Source: Asterias rubens
Lineage: Eukaryota
Direction: 5' to 3'
Assembly: GCF_902459465.1 (NCBI RefSeq)
Contig: NC_047071.1
Span: forward strand, 9,114,001-9,178,000
DNA length: 64,000 nucleotides
Below are positions 61,244-64,000 of the stretch, in pieces. Both the position numbers and the translations under genes were made by a program. The notes beneath the pieces are model-generated. The model did no database searches and was not told the DNA's origin. It was given only the letters and a program-made list of their open reading frames with translations. Position 1 is the first letter of the stretch. Each line of letters begins with the position of its first letter.

Positions 61244-63053
61244 ATGTCTTCAGCTAAGATTATTACATCGTTCTTGCTGGTCGCAGCTTTGAGTAAGTAC
61301 AGTTATTTGTTTTTAGTTAAACCATTATTTTTGCTAACCAAAACTATTTATCATAGGACTGTTTTCTAGAAACTGATCAGTCAACCAACATGTAGAAAAC
61401 AACAACCAGTTCATCATTTAAGGTATTCGGGAAATAATGCAATATCGACACATCTTCTCATACTCAATGATGATTCGATGAAAACAAACATGATTTTGAC
61501 ATGTATCATAACAATGAAAAAAAACTATCGCAACAAAAGCTTTCATTAGGCCTATATCTTACAGGGGAAAAAAAAAAAAAACTGTTTAGCCAACATGTCT
61601 TTGAGATGAACAGATAAGAATTTACAACTTTTCAATTATGTGTTTATTTGAGTCAGCTAAGTTCATATTCGAATCAATGTTTTGGGGAAAGTAGTGGGGC
61701 CGGAATTGGGTACGAAGGAGAAATTTCAAACTTTACGGGGATAATTACTGGGATGTTCTGCGATTGCATTAAATAGGCACATTACCTTCAAATCTCTCTC
61801 TATTTGGATAGAGTTTTTCAAGCACTGAAACACACCGGTGTGTATTGATGAGTAGGTTGCCATTAAAGATTTTTGCCTCTAGAATTATACGGCAATAATG
61901 GGTTCGCCTTGTTGTGTAGTCAACCATTTCGGTTCTACGAAATAGTGGACAGTGTTTTGTCATGAGAGTTGCACAATACCGCAAAATGTCAATTAATTTT
62001 CCGTCTAAACTTCTTTGTTAAACCGTATCCATTTCATTATAAACGCTTTTTGTAGCCCAAAGCGTCAGATCCGAAGCGCCGTTTAATTACAACCGGAATT
62101 CGGGAACTCCCCTAACAGAGTCCTGTCTTCCAAGGCCGGAACGCCGGAATTCACGAGTCAACCATACATCTGTTATTATAATAGATATTAAGTGCACTAA
62201 GTTCAATCCTAATTATTATGCCATCTGTGAGCTGATAATTGTCCGCTGACAGATTTCATTCCTAAGTTTCTCTTCTTAAAAAAATAAAATAAATAAATAA
62301 AATAGATTGGGAAAAACAACGGAAAAAAACCATAAAAATGGGCACGACATTCAACTAACACATCCCGGTTGAAACCCAAAAGCTAAGTCTCAACTTGGCT
62401 AAGCAATTACTGCTCTGTAATCCGGTAAAAACTTACATTTCGAGGTGACGTCATTAAACCAGTTGGTGACTTCATCGTAACTTTTTTTTTCTTTTTCTTT
62501 TTGAGCTTTAATTTGTTTTCTTCTTTCAGCTTGATCTATGTTCTGTGCGTATAGCTTTTGTAAACAACTACGGCATTTTGTCTAATAATACTATCACATT
62601 CCTGTTTTGTTCACAGCGCTCTTCTTAGCACAGATCTCTGACAGTCGCCCCCTGAGAAAATTCCGTCGCATGAAAAATCGTCAGCGAATTGTCCAGGATG
62701 ACAGCGACGACGATGAAAGTTCCGAGTGCGGTGACAGTGGCGACGTTGACAGCGATGACGGGGACGATGACAACGGAGACGACAGCAATGAGAATCCATG
62801 TAAGAAACCTACGACCACGACATCGCCGACCACAACTCAAGCCACGACGACTCAAGCTACGACTCAAGCCACCACATCGGTCAAGAACACGACCATGCCC
62901 CCAACAACGACAACGGTGGCGACAACGACCATGCCCCCTACAACGACAACGGTGGCGACCACAGCGATGACGACCACGACAGCGATGACGACCACGCAAG
63001 CCGTACTGACAACGCCACCAGGCAGGACTCTGCGAGGTGATGGAACGGCGTAG
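61244..63053 (+). CDS. Cluster gene 7: secreted protein with basic, Asp-rich and Thr-rich blocks, no TM, 161 aa; join(61244..61292,62617..63053)
   Basis: Exon 1 is gagaATG...TTG A|gtaagt (MSSAKIITSFLLVAAL). Acceptor cctgttttgttcacag|cg at 62617, phase 1, gives T-LFLAQISDS-RPLRK in frame with the 62607 ORF; joined CDS is 486 nt. Confidence 0.8.
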
Positions 63054-64000
63054 ACGCTTCAATCGAGGAGTTATTCAATTTAAGATAGTATTTAATATAT
63101 TTGTATCAGTTCACGAGCCATTGATTTCATGGAAACAATGATAGACTACCAAGTTCCGTAAGAAAATCATAGTGATTTTACTTTGTCCCCATTGCTACAC
63201 TAGGCGATGTACAATTTTTCCCCATCACCGAGTCATGACATGATCTTATGCAAGTCGCCAGACACACAAGGCCTGAAGGCCACTTCAAGGTGCGGGCTAT
63301 AATTATTTCCCAGTGGCCTACGCCTCCTACTCCTAGGGCTGAAACAGGGTTACCCATTTAACAGTCCATACAGATGAAGGCTTGGGTATGATCAGTACGA
63401 AGCTTGGCCGGTAGAGCAGATTAAAGCACTACCCCCCCCCCCCCCCCCCCCCCCCCGATGGATTGCGCGTGTTCTTGGTCTAAGCCAAATTCACGTCTAA
63501 GACTAAAACTAGTGTGTGAATGATAACTAATTTAAATAATTGTATGGAGAAGATGTATATTGATCTTGGTTCATAAGTTCATAGAAGTGTTCAATGTTTA
63601 TAAAAATGAAGGAAAACCAATCAAAATATTCCCAAACTATGTAGTTACTTGTTGTATCCGGACGCAGGAGACCAAAGCCAACATGCAGCTCGCACATCAG
63701 AAGGTCAACACATCTCACTCACTTCTTCTGCCGAGTCCGGTTTCCTGAATGGCATTTCGCATTGTTATACTTCGATATAGACACATATTATAGTTTTATT
63801 GTGAATTTGTTAATTAAAACATATTAATAAGTAACTAAATATTTGAATTATTCAAGATGAAAGTATTTTTGGTCGAAGGACTCTTATTTTCTATACCAAA
63901 GTTTTATAATGTTGGCTTGTCACACATTGTGTATTAAATAATAAAAAATAAAAAATAAATCAATTTTATTGGGTTTTTATTTCGACTTGAAAACAATTAT

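Overview
Eukaryotic, AT-rich, repeat-dense invertebrate genomic DNA with a 224-N gap at 24735-24958. It is probably echinoderm, possibly sea star; that is an inference from the repeat families and gene style, not a database result. The main content is a co-oriented (+ strand) cluster of seven low-complexity extracellular-protein genes over about 55 kb, which the ORF track shows only in part. Six could be rebuilt by hand with the same plan: a 34-52 nt first coding exon carrying most of a signal peptide, a phase-1 GTAAG intron, then one large exon with the whole disordered ectodomain. The seventh (13573-14267) is a matching terminal exon with no convincing leader. Six products end in a small-residue-rich TM helix plus a short basic tail; the last is secreted with no TM. 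Ectodomain chemistries differ: Gly/Pro, Gly/Met/His, a 12-unit Gly/Asn/Thr/Pro repeat, Ser/Glu/Asp, Glu-rich, and Asp-block plus Thr-block. My best hypothesis is a P16-like biomineralisation or cell-surface matrix gene cluster (unverified). The rest is TTAA-flanked MITEs, tRNA-derived SINEs, an L2 LINE 3' fragment, a nested Helentron-like element with tandem repeats, and microsatellites. No rRNA, intact tRNA or CRISPR is supported.
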